A stretch of 26,779 nucleotides of DNA from an uncultured Gammaproteobacteria bacterium (lineage in GTDB: Bacteria; Patescibacteriota; Patescibacteriia; UBA9934), in the NCBI GenBank assembly GCA_964357305.1, contig CAYHKX010000001.1:1-26779 (forward strand), written 5' to 3'. The notes beneath the pieces were generated by a model, which did not search any database, had not been told where the DNA came from, and worked only from the letters and a program-made list of their open reading frames with translations. A program made the position numbers and the translations under genes. Shown piece by piece: positions 17,134 through 25,419 of this stretch (position 1 is its first letter; each line of letters starts with the position of its first letter).

Positions 17134-17925
17134 ATGGAGTTCCTGTACGCTATCGTTCTTGGATTCATTGAGGGTGTGACGGAATTTTTACCGATCTCGT
17201 CGACGGGGCATCTGATTCTTGCGAACCAGTGGATTGGGTTTTCTGAAGACTTCAATACAACGTTCGATATCGCGATTCAGTCCGGAGCGATTCTTGCGGT
17301 CGTCGTGGTGTATTGGAAAAAACTTTGGCCGTTCGCAAACGGTGTGCTCGACCGCTCCGTGCTGAACACATGGATGAAAATTCTCGTCGCGGTGGTGCCA
17401 GCGCTCGTGCTCGGCGCATTGTTTGGCTCCGTGGTGAGAGATGTATTGTTTACGCCGATGATTGTGGCGCTCGCCCTCATTGTTGGCGGTATTGCGCTCA
17501 TCGTTGTGGAATGGCGCAGACATTCAGAGCATGTGAAGAGTATTGATCGCATGACGTATGCGACGGCGTTTATGATTGGTCTCGTGCAGTGCATTGCATT
17601 GATTCCAGGAACCTCTCGATCAGCCGCAACCATCATTGGCGCGTTATTGCTTGGTGTGGCACGTCCGGCTGCTGCAGAATTTTCCTTCTTTCTCGCGATT
17701 CCAACGCTTGGTGCTGCCACGGTGTTTGCCATCATGCAGGATGGAGCCGTGATTGAACCATCGCAGATCAACCTTCTTGTTCTTGGGGCCTTTGCGGCGT
17801 TTCTCTCGGCATATCTTGTGATTCGGAAGTTTATTCAATTCATTCAGAAGAAAGACTTTTTGCCGTTCGCGTATTACCGCATCGCGCTCGGTTTGATCAT
17901 GTTGGTCATTTTTGTTGCTCGGTAA
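17134..17925 (+). CDS. uppP: Undecaprenyl-diphosphate phosphatase
   Basis: EGVTEFLPISSTGHL, QSGAILAV, PGTSRSAATI, AEFSFFLAIP. Confidence 0.96.
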   Translation: MEFLYAIVLGFIEGVTEFLPISSTGHLILANQWIGFSEDFNTTFDIAIQSGAILAVVVVYWKKLWPFANGVLDRSVLNTWMKILVAVVPALVLGALFGSVVRDVLFTPMIVALALIVGGIALIVVEWRRHSEHVKSIDRMTYATAFMIGLVQCIALIPGTSRSAATIIGALLLGVARPAAAEFSFFLAIPTLGAATVFAIMQDGAVIEPSQINLLVLGAFAAFLSAYLVIRKFIQFIQKKDFLPFAYYRIALGLIMLVIFVAR

Positions 17926-17926
17926 T

Positions 17927-18787
17927 ATGTCTGCCCCAGTCATTCGATCGTGTGAAGCCTGGAATGATTTTGCGCTTTTAGATTCTGGGAACTTTGAGAA
18001 ATGTGAACGGTTTGGCGATATCGTCATGATTCGTCCGGAGCCGCAGGCGTTGTGGAAGAAAGGCGACGAAACATTGTGGCAATCCGCCCATCTTTCGTAT
18101 AAGCGACAGGGACGTGAAGGGGAGTGGACAGTGAATACGCCAGTGCCAGATGCATGGAATATTCGGTGGGAAGATCTTACGTTCCGTATTCGTCCAACGT
18201 CATTTAAACACACAGGATTATTTCCGGAACAGGCCAGTAATTGGGCGTGGATTCGGGAAAATGTGAAACCGGGTATGCGCGTGTTGAATGCGTTTGGCTA
18301 TACCGGTGCCGCAACGCTTGCTGCAGCGAGTGCTGGTGCCGATGTCACGCATGTGGATGCGAGTAAACCGGTGGTGACGTGGGGGAAGGAAAACGCGGAT
18401 TTGTCTGGACTCGGAGCACGGCCGATTCGGTGGATTGTGGATGACGTTCAAAAATTTATTGCCCGTGAAGTACGACGAGGAAATGTGTACGATGCCATCT
18501 TTATGGATCCACCTGCGTTTGGCCGCGGGCCAGAAGGTGAGCTTTGGCAGTTTGAAGATCACCTTCCAGCACTTCTTGATGATTGTATAACACTGCTGAA
18601 TCGTGAGCATGGATTCCTGCTGGTGAATGCGTACTCTCTTGGGTTTCCCGCGCTATCGATTGAAAATCTTGTCCGTTCAACATTGCCGTGGCCGCACCAT
18701 GTTTCTGCAGTTGAGTTGACGCTCAAAGAAACTTCGCCACGTGGTTTTGAGCTCCCAGCCGGCATTGGTATTCGGTGTGGATGGTAA
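17927..18787 (+). CDS. Class I SAM-dependent methyltransferase (RlmI/RlmK-like)
   Basis: KHTGLFPEQ, VLNAFGYTG, VDASK, MDPPAFG. Start moved to ATG 17927, 1 nt after the uppP stop. Confidence 0.85.
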   Translation: MSAPVIRSCEAWNDFALLDSGNFEKCERFGDIVMIRPEPQALWKKGDETLWQSAHLSYKRQGREGEWTVNTPVPDAWNIRWEDLTFRIRPTSFKHTGLFPEQASNWAWIRENVKPGMRVLNAFGYTGAATLAAASAGADVTHVDASKPVVTWGKENADLSGLGARPIRWIVDDVQKFIAREVRRGNVYDAIFMDPPAFGRGPEGELWQFEDHLPALLDDCITLLNREHGFLLVNAYSLGFPALSIENLVRSTLPWPHHVSAVELTLKETSPRGFELPAGIGIRCGW

Positions 18788-18828
18788 AGTGGAAATTAAA
18801 GATGAAATTGAGTACGATGAATGAATCT

Positions 18829-19308
18829 ATGGGAGAAGAATCGGAAATCAAGAAGATTTTAGTCATTGTACAAGGATTGCAAGGGAGTTTTTCGGGTTTG
18901 CAAGAGGACGTTTCCATTTTGAAGAGTGATGTTTCCAGTCTGAAAAGTGATGTTTCTAGTTTGAAGAGTGATGTTTCCAGTCTGAAAAGTGATGTTTCTA
19001 GTTTGAAGGATGACGTTTCGGGATTACAAGAGACTGCTGAGTTCATGCAAGAGCATATGGCTACGAAGGAAGATCTTGCACTGGTACGAGCCGAGATGGC
19101 TACGAAGGAAGATCTTGCGCGAGTACGGGCAGAGATGGTTACGAAGGAGGATCTCCTGATGCTGAAGTCGGAAGTTTTCGAGCACGTTGATGGTTTCGCT
19201 CACCAGAATCAGAAATTTGATCATGAATTGGTCGCGGCTCAGGCAAAATTCAATCGTGTGGAAGAACGCGTAGAGATTTTAGAATTACAGGCAGGAATTG
19301 GGGCGTAG
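18829..19308 (+). CDS. Coiled-coil repeat protein (heptad SDVSSLK and 13-aa MATKEDLAxVRAE repeats)
   Basis: Heptad periodicity throughout. The start is ambiguous (18775/18802/18817/18829); 18829 was chosen because it has TATG context and TACGAT (18813-18818) lies 10 nt upstream. Confidence 0.75.
   Translation: MGEESEIKKILVIVQGLQGSFSGLQEDVSILKSDVSSLKSDVSSLKSDVSSLKSDVSSLKDDVSGLQETAEFMQEHMATKEDLALVRAEMATKEDLARVRAEMVTKEDLLMLKSEVFEHVDGFAHQNQKFDHELVAAQAKFNRVEERVEILELQAGIGA
18918..19008 (+). repeat. Perfect 42-bp (2x21) coding tandem repeat
   Basis: TTTGAAGAGTGATGTTTCCAGTCTGAAAAGTGATGTTTCTAG at 18918 and 18960, plus a partial third unit at 19002. Confidence 0.9.
19057..19155 (+). repeat. 39-bp coding tandem repeat (about 2.5 copies)
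   Basis: ATGGCTACGAAGGAAGATCTTGC at 19057 and 19096, and ATGGTTACGAAGGAGGATCTC at 19135. Confidence 0.85.
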
Positions 19309-19309
19309 T

Positions 19310-19882
19310 ATGAACGATATTGTTTTAGACATTGAAACGCAGAATACGTTTGAAGAAGTTGGCGGATATTTTACGGATAAGCTCAAGGTGTCTTTAGTCG
19401 GCGTGTACTACTACGCGACGGATACGTACGAGTCGTACTTGGAACACGAGTTGCCGCAGATGTTTGCAACGCTAGAAGTTGGTGGACGAATCATTGGGTA
19501 TAACTCGATTGGTTTCGATATGCCCGTGTTGAATAACTATTATGCCGGTGATTTGTTGAAGCTACCGCAGTTGGATATTTTGCAGCATATCGAAAAATCG
19601 CTCGGCTATCGCATTAAGCTGGATGACGTCGCTGCGGCAACAATTGGCACCAGAAAATCTGCACATGGTTTGCAGGCTGTTGCGTGGTGGAAAGAAGGAA
19701 AAATTCACGAGATTCGTGAATATTGCTTACAGGATGTGAAGGTGACGAAAGAGGTATACGAATTTGGGTTGAAGAATGGATACGTATTGTATGACGATCG
19801 TTCGGGCGAACGCCGACTCATTCCGGTAAACTTCACGCCGGTGGCCACGAAGGCAGCAGTGAATCTCACGATGGGCTTTTAA
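19310..19882 (+). CDS. RNase H-like DEDD 3'-5' exonuclease (RNase_H_2/YprB-like)
   Basis: IVLDIET (ExoI), GYNSIGFDMP (ExoII), YCLQDV (ExoIII). Confidence 0.85.
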   Translation: MNDIVLDIETQNTFEEVGGYFTDKLKVSLVGVYYYATDTYESYLEHELPQMFATLEVGGRIIGYNSIGFDMPVLNNYYAGDLLKLPQLDILQHIEKSLGYRIKLDDVAAATIGTRKSAHGLQAVAWWKEGKIHEIREYCLQDVKVTKEVYEFGLKNGYVLYDDRSGERRLIPVNFTPVATKAAVNLTMGF

Positions 19883-19969
19883 ATGGCTAATATTAGCAGA
19901 ATTATGGTTTAGGGCAAATCAAGGATGCTGTCCAATGAGAAGAAAATACGGTAGGATTGCTAGGCATGT

Positions 19970-21793
19970 ATGGCTGTCTCACAAGAAAGCATCCGAAATT
20001 TTTGCATTATTGCCCACATTGACCATGGCAAATCCACGCTGTCTGACCGGTTGCTTGAGGTTACTGGCACCGTCGATACGCGCGTCATGAAGGAGCAATT
20101 TCTGGATTCCATGGATATTGAACGAGAACGGGGGATTACCATTAAATTGGCTCCGGCTCGCATGCTTTGGACGAAGGAAGGGGTGGAATATACACTGAAC
20201 CTCATTGATACTCCGGGTCACATCGACTTTAACTATGAGGTGAGTCGGTCGCTTGCTGCGGTGAACGGAGCGATATTATTGGTTGACGCGACGCAAGGCG
20301 TTCAGGCACAGACCATCGCCAACCTGTACCTCGCCGTCGAAGAAAATCTGCACATTATCCCGGTGCTGAATAAGATCGATCTTCCTGCGGCAGACGTACC
20401 AACGCGCAAGGCGGAACTCGTGAAGCTTCTTGGCTGTGCGCCAGAAGATATTCTTGCAGTCTCGGGGAAAACTGGTGAAGGCGTGCGCGAGTTGCTCGAT
20501 GTGGTGATTGATCGGATTCCGTCCCCGGAAGGGAAGGTTGATGCCGCCCCACGTGCGGTGATTTTTGATTCCGCATATGACGATTACAAGGGCGTTGTGG
20601 CATATGTTCGCGTGATGGACGGTGTATTTAAGAAGCGCGACAGGATTCAGATGTTGGCAACGGATGCACAGGGTGAGCTTCTGGAACTCGGTGCACTTGC
20701 GCCAAAGTTTTCGCCGCGTGACGCATTGGAAACGGGCCAGATTGGTTACATGGTGACGGGGCTGAAAGACATTCGCGCATGTCGTGTGGGCGACACCATG
20801 ACGGTGATCGAACAACGTGTGGGCAGTCGGCAGTCGGGCGTCGAGGCGTTGCCGGGGTATCGCGAGGTACGGCCAATGGTGTTTGCTGGTGTGTTCCCTG
20901 CGCAGGGTGATGAATACAGTTCACTTCGGGATGCAATGGACCGCTTAAAGTTGAACGACGCCGCACTCGTGTTTGAACCAGAGCATTCACCGGCACTCGG
21001 GTACGGTTTCCGTTGCGGATTTTTAGGCATGCTACACCTTGAAATTCTCAAGGAGCGATTGAGTCGCGAATTCACCATCGATCTCGTCGTCACGTTGCCG
21101 AGTGTGGCATATCATGTCTACATGAACGGAAAACCAGAGTTTTCTGTGGTAAAGAGCGCACTCGATTTGCCAGACCCGAGCGTTATAGATCACATTGATG
21201 AACCATGGGCCCGCGTGGACATGATTACGCCGACGGACTATATCGGCAACGTCATGACTCTTGCGCAAGAACGGCGCGGCATGTATGTGAATACGGATTA
21301 CCTTTCTGAGGGGCGTGCCGTATTGCATTATGAACTTCCGCTCTCGGCCATTATTGTTGATTTTAACGATAAGCTGAAGGGTGCATCGAGTGGGTACGCG
21401 TCCATGAGTTATGAAGTCTTTACCTATCGCAATGCTGATGTAGTCAAGCTCGATATTCTTGTTGCTGACGATGCGGTTGATGCGTTCGCAATGTTGGTGT
21501 ATCGCGACGAAGTAGAGCGCGTGGGCCGCCGTGTGCTTGACGTATTAAAAGACAGTATTCCACAGCAGCAATTTGTGATTAAATTGCAAGCCGCGATTGG
21601 TGGAAAGATTGTGGCAAGCGAAAGAATTTCTGCTCTGCGAAAAGATGTGACTGCGGGATTGTATGGCGGAGACGCCACGCGAAAATTAAAGCTGCTTGAG
21701 AAGCAGAAGAAAGGAAAGAAGAAAATGCTCGCCATGGGTGTTGGACGCGTGGAGATTCCAAGCGAAGCGTACATGAAGGTGCTCAAACGATAA
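19970..21793 (+). CDS. lepA: Elongation factor 4
   Basis: IRNFCIIAHIDHGKSTLSDR, ERERGITIK, DTPGH, NKID, GFRCGFLGMLHLEI, RKDVTAGLYGGD. Confidence 0.98.
   Translation: MAVSQESIRNFCIIAHIDHGKSTLSDRLLEVTGTVDTRVMKEQFLDSMDIERERGITIKLAPARMLWTKEGVEYTLNLIDTPGHIDFNYEVSRSLAAVNGAILLVDATQGVQAQTIANLYLAVEENLHIIPVLNKIDLPAADVPTRKAELVKLLGCAPEDILAVSGKTGEGVRELLDVVIDRIPSPEGKVDAAPRAVIFDSAYDDYKGVVAYVRVMDGVFKKRDRIQMLATDAQGELLELGALAPKFSPRDALETGQIGYMVTGLKDIRACRVGDTMTVIEQRVGSRQSGVEALPGYREVRPMVFAGVFPAQGDEYSSLRDAMDRLKLNDAALVFEPEHSPALGYGFRCGFLGMLHLEILKERLSREFTIDLVVTLPSVAYHVYMNGKPEFSVVKSALDLPDPSVIDHIDEPWARVDMITPTDYIGNVMTLAQERRGMYVNTDYLSEGRAVLHYELPLSAIIVDFNDKLKGASSGYASMSYEVFTYRNADVVKLDILVADDAVDAFAMLVYRDEVERVGRRVLDVLKDSIPQQQFVIKLQAAIGGKIVASERISALRKDVTAGLYGGDATRKLKLLEKQKKGKKKMLAMGVGRVEIPSEAYMKVLKR
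20821..20843. repeat. Degenerate 7-bp array inside lepA
   Basis: GGGCAGT CGGCAGT CGGGCGT CG; the reverse complement is CGACGCC CGACTGC CGACTGC CC; translation GSRQSGV. Confidence 0.6.
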
Positions 21794-21795
21794 TC

Positions 21796-22287
21796 ATGAA
21801 TCGGAAGCAATTTACGAAGTTTTATGATGCGAACGTGAAGCGAATCTACCGCTATGTGTATTTTCGCGTTGGGAAGAATCGGGACGTTGCGGAAGATCTC
21901 ACATCGGAAATTTTCATGAAGGCACTTGAGCATTTTGAGGACTATGATCCGAAGATCTCCGAATCTGCATGGATTTACAGAATTGCGCACAACAAAGTGC
22001 TGAATCATCGGCGGGACAGTAAGGTGACGTTGGATGTGCAAAATGGGGCAATTGAGGCGGAAATTGGGGGAGTCGATCATCGTGGACGTATGAATGAACG
22101 GCTTGATATCGAGGCTCTGCTCGCAAAACTTACGCCAGAGGAACGGGAACTTGTAACGTTAAAATACCTTTCTGGGTATAAGTACTCAAGCATGGGGGAG
22201 ATGCTTGGCAAATCTGCCGAGGCGGTAAAAGTTGCAACGCACCGGGCGATGCAAAAACTCAAAACGCTATGTTCTCGCTCATCATAA
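21796..22287 (+). CDS. ECF-type RNA polymerase sigma factor
   Basis: Region 2 (AEDLTSEIF, AWIYRIAHN) and region 4 (LTPEERELVTLKY...VKVATHRA); 163 aa. Confidence 0.92.
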   Translation: MNRKQFTKFYDANVKRIYRYVYFRVGKNRDVAEDLTSEIFMKALEHFEDYDPKISESAWIYRIAHNKVLNHRRDSKVTLDVQNGAIEAEIGGVDHRGRMNERLDIEALLAKLTPEERELVTLKYLSGYKYSSMGEMLGKSAEAVKVATHRAMQKLKTLCSRSS

Positions 22288-22853
22288 TGCTCTGGAAGGA
22301 ACGGCGTGCGGCAAATCCGTCGCGCCAGTTTCGCGTTGCGCTCCGGGAGAAGGCTGATACCTTGCTTCCACTTGAAACTCGCACAGAACACCGTTATGGA
22401 ACATTTCGTCGTGCGGCGATCGGCTTTGCGGTTATGCTCCCAGTATTTTTAGGCGGAACAAGTGTATATGCCTATTCAAGTACATCAGTCACCGAAGGAA
22501 GTACGTTGTATCCGGTGAAACGCGGTATTGAATCCGTGCAATTACGTTTCCGAACTGAGCCGAATGATCTCGCGGCGTACCGGTTGAAATTGTATGAGCG
22601 ACGTTTAGATGAAGCGGAACGATTGCTTGAATCACGTGAAGCAATGATTGAAACATTAAATGCGGCGGTTGAGGTAAATGATGTGCTTGAATCGTTGGAG
22701 CAATTTGAGGGACAGCATGAAGAGATCCGTGAATATTTGCAAAGAAATCAGGAGCGGTACGAAAGAGTCCGCTTGCGAGTATCCGGCGATGATTCAAGTG
22801 ATGAATCTTTGCTTCGAACTCCGTCCTTCATGATCCGAAGAATACAGGATTGA
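22287..22853 (+). CDS. Putative anti-sigma factor: TM helix plus DUF5667-like domain
   Basis: TAATG overlap with the sigma stop; TM segment AAIGFAVMLPVFLGGTSVYAY; GSTLYPVKRGIESVQL and ERRLDEA are DUF5667-like. Confidence 0.7.
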   Translation: MLWKERRAANPSRQFRVALREKADTLLPLETRTEHRYGTFRRAAIGFAVMLPVFLGGTSVYAYSSTSVTEGSTLYPVKRGIESVQLRFRTEPNDLAAYRLKLYERRLDEAERLLESREAMIETLNAAVEVNDVLESLEQFEGQHEEIREYLQRNQERYERVRLRVSGDDSSDESLLRTPSFMIRRIQD

Positions 22854-22884
22854 TTTTCAGAGATTTTCGTATTGCATAATACAA

Positions 22885-22910
22885 CTCCGGCGACCTTTCG
22901 GCCGTCGGAG
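22885..22910 (-). terminator. GNRA-capped hairpin between convergent genes, probably terminating the minus-strand gene
   Basis: Minus-strand RNA CUCCGACGGCC-GAAA-GGUCGCCGGAG followed by UUGUAUUAU; a second small hairpin lies at 22914-22930. Confidence 0.6.
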
Positions 22911-22930
22911 CATCGTGCGTTCGGGGCACG

Positions 22931-23500
22931 TTAGTGGAAGTTTTCTCCTTCATCTTCGGTGTCGATCGCTCCGATGATGTTGAGAAACTGGCAGATAATC
23001 GATTCAATAAGCAAACGATTATCCATGTTAATTGCACAGCGCTGGACCGAGTTTTCATCGAGAATCTCTTGGATGATGAAGAGATAGACCCCCTGTGAGG
23101 GGTTAGCGATCGCGAGGTAGTACAGACCATCGATTTCATCTTCCTGTACCCAGATCGTACCCAGTGGCGTGATATCGATCTGCCCGTAATTGGAGACATC
23201 GAGCTGGGGTTGACCTGCGTTGATCTCAGTGACCTGACAATCGCTCGTAACGATGTCACCCTCGGTGACATAGAGATACGTCGTTACAAGCCAGTTCAGT
23301 TCATTTTTGAGTTTCGCATTCGTGATAGGATGAACCGCGTCTTCGGTAACATGGACTGGAATGCGTTCGTGATCCAGTGGAACGAAGTTCGGCGAATTTC
23401 CGTCGTGGATTCCCTTGATCACGACCCCGACCATTCCGACATCATCAATGTGGGCACTAAAGACGAAAGTATAGTCGCGCAAGACAGTGTCGCTTGTCAT
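22931..23500 (-). CDS. Hypothetical acidic protein, counter-oriented
   Basis: Fills the gap between + strand genes. AGGAG lies 5 nt upstream of ATG 23500 (alternative start 23533) and a hairpin follows the stop. Confidence 0.65.
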   Translation of the reverse strand: MTSDTVLRDYTFVFSAHIDDVGMVGVVIKGIHDGNSPNFVPLDHERIPVHVTEDAVHPITNAKLKNELNWLVTTYLYVTEGDIVTSDCQVTEINAGQPQLDVSNYGQIDITPLGTIWVQEDEIDGLYYLAIANPSQGVYLFIIQEILDENSVQRCAINMDNRLLIESIICQFLNIIGAIDTEDEGENFH

Positions 23501-23605
23501 GGAAGCTCCTGTATGGCGGGCAATTATAGTCATAATTTCTTGGATAAATCAATCCCATCCCCATGAGTACATGACGGCGCGGCAGATCGTTGCTACCCTG
23601 TGTGT

Positions 23606-23704
23606 ATGATATTCAATGGAGCATTTGCACGAAAAGTATGGGCGGTTGTGGCGATATTGGTGATGGTTTCCATGGTTGCGAGCATGGCAATGTTTGGCTA
23701 CTGA
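23606..23704 (+). CDS. Small (32 aa) single-TM protein
   Basis: MIFNGAFARKVWAVVAILVMVSMVASMAMFGY*: basic residues then a hydrophobic helix. TGcTACCCT lies 6 nt upstream and the stop is 1 nt before the recJ ATG. Confidence 0.65.
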   Translation: MIFNGAFARKVWAVVAILVMVSMVASMAMFGY

Positions 23705-23705
23705 T

Positions 23706-25406
23706 ATGGAAACCCCTTGGATTATTGCCCCGCGAAGTCACGATGACCTCGTGACGCAACTTTTGGTGAATCGCGGCGTTCCTCCAGAAGAGCGGGATGC
23801 GTTTCTATCGCCGAATTGGGAAGTGGGAACATATTCACCATTTGCGTTCACGCGAATGCAAGAAGCGGTCGACGCGATGTTTGGCGCGCTTGAACGCGCC
23901 GAATCGATTGTGATTCATGGCGACTACGATGCAGATGGCGTGTCCGGATCTTCACTCTTGTTTGGAGTTTTGACCGATATTGCCGAGCGCCTGAATTTTT
24001 CGCTCGACCTTGGGGTCTTTCTTCCAGATAGGGAGAAAGACGGATACGGTGTGGCAATGCATACGATTGAACGTTGTATTGCGGAAGGAAAAAAGACGAT
24101 CGTCACGGTGGATTGTGGCATTGCAAACGGTCTCGAATTGAATCGTGCTCATGACGCCGGGATTACAACGATTGTGTGCGATCACCACCAGCTTGGCACG
24201 CACTTTCCCGATCATGCGATTATTCTCCATCCACTTACTCCAGGGGAGACATATCCCAATAAAACGCTCTGCGGAACTGGTGTCGCATTCAAATTCGCAT
24301 CGGGACTCATTGCTGAAGCGCGAAAACGCGGTGCAGATTTTCCTGAAGGGTATGAAAAATGGATGCTCGATCTTGTTGCGATCGCGACGGTGACCGATGT
24401 GATGCCGCTTACGGGAGAGAATCGTGTTCTCGAATATTTCGGATTAAAAGTCTTGAACAAGACACGTCGTCCAGGAATTCGCGCAATTCTTGCGGCGTCT
24501 GGTACTGAGCTTGGTGGGATCGACACGCAGACAATTGGATTTCGCATCGGCCCTCGATTGAATGCCGCTGGAAGACTTTCGAGTGCGAAGATTGCGTTCG
24601 ACGCGATTGTAGCGAAAACACCTGAGGAAGCGAGCGTCGCTGCGGCCTCGCTCGAGCAATTGAATCGCGACCGTCAAAATATTTTCAAATCGTCTTACAA
24701 ACAAGCAGAAAGTATCGCCAGGGACATGCTTGCTGAACATCAGGTCCTCGTTATCGCGAGTGAAGAATGGCTTCCGGGAATTGTCGGGCTTATTGCGGGG
24801 AAACTCGTGAACGATTTTGGCCGGCCAGCATTCGCGTTTACGAGGATTGAGGGAAAATATGTGGGTAGTGGGCGAACCGCTGGTGGACTCCATCTTGTTG
24901 ACGCAATGCATGCGTGCGGTGACATCTTTTTGCGCAAAGGTGGTCACCCACAGGCATGTGGACTTTCCATGGCATCAACGATTGAAATTGATCTGTTTAG
25001 AACGCGCGTGAACGATTTTGCGCGTGAGATATTTGGTAGCGCTGGGGTTTCACCGTCGCTCGCTATTGATGCTGTCGTAGCACCATCGACCATCACTCTT
25101 GATCTTCTTGCTGTGCTTGAAGCATGCGCGCCGTTTGGAGAGGGAAACCGTCCGCCAATATTTGCCACCATGGGTGCAAACGTGATGGCGGCGGAAACCA
25201 TGGGTGCAACGGGCGGACACCTTCGTCTCACCGTTCTTGATGACACTGGAGCCGTGGGTAAATTTGTTGGGTTTGGTATTGGCGATAAGGCGCGTGAACT
25301 GACCATGGGGACTGTTGTGGACATTGCGTACGAACCTGGGGTGAACGTGTGGAATGGGAAAAAGAACGTACAGTGTAGAATAGTGGAGGTAAAGAAGAGT
25401 ACGTAG
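23706..25406 (+). CDS. recJ: Single-stranded-DNA-specific exonuclease RecJ
   Basis: HGDYDADG, PDREKDGYG, VTVDCG, CDHH, ATVTDVMPL, PRLNAAGRL, GSGRT, PFGEGN. Start moved to 23706. Confidence 0.96.
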   Translation: METPWIIAPRSHDDLVTQLLVNRGVPPEERDAFLSPNWEVGTYSPFAFTRMQEAVDAMFGALERAESIVIHGDYDADGVSGSSLLFGVLTDIAERLNFSLDLGVFLPDREKDGYGVAMHTIERCIAEGKKTIVTVDCGIANGLELNRAHDAGITTIVCDHHQLGTHFPDHAIILHPLTPGETYPNKTLCGTGVAFKFASGLIAEARKRGADFPEGYEKWMLDLVAIATVTDVMPLTGENRVLEYFGLKVLNKTRRPGIRAILAASGTELGGIDTQTIGFRIGPRLNAAGRLSSAKIAFDAIVAKTPEEASVAAASLEQLNRDRQNIFKSSYKQAESIARDMLAEHQVLVIASEEWLPGIVGLIAGKLVNDFGRPAFAFTRIEGKYVGSGRTAGGLHLVDAMHACGDIFLRKGGHPQACGLSMASTIEIDLFRTRVNDFAREIFGSAGVSPSLAIDAVVAPSTITLDLLAVLEACAPFGEGNRPPIFATMGANVMAAETMGATGGHLRLTVLDDTGAVGKFVGFGIGDKARELTMGTVVDIAYEPGVNVWNGKKNVQCRIVEVKKST

Positions 25407-25413
25407 TGCGTAA
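25398..25413. repeat. 7-bp repeat dimer spanning the recJ stop codon
   Basis: AGTACGT AGTGCGT AA; the reverse complement is TTACGCA CTACGTA CT. The recJ TAG at 25404-25406 lies inside it. Confidence 0.55.
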
Positions 25414-25419
25414 TGAAAT

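Noticed and set aside
18918-19155. Possible CRISPR-like repeats
   Set aside because: Spacer-free, in-frame coding repeats of a coiled-coil protein.
19886-19897. Perfect 12-bp palindrome GCTAATATTAGC upstream of lepA
   Set aside because: Single AT-rich occurrence with no cognate regulator evident; chance cannot be excluded.
23210-23566. 118-aa + strand ORF
   Set aside because: Antisense to the better-supported minus-strand gene, which has an SD and a terminator.
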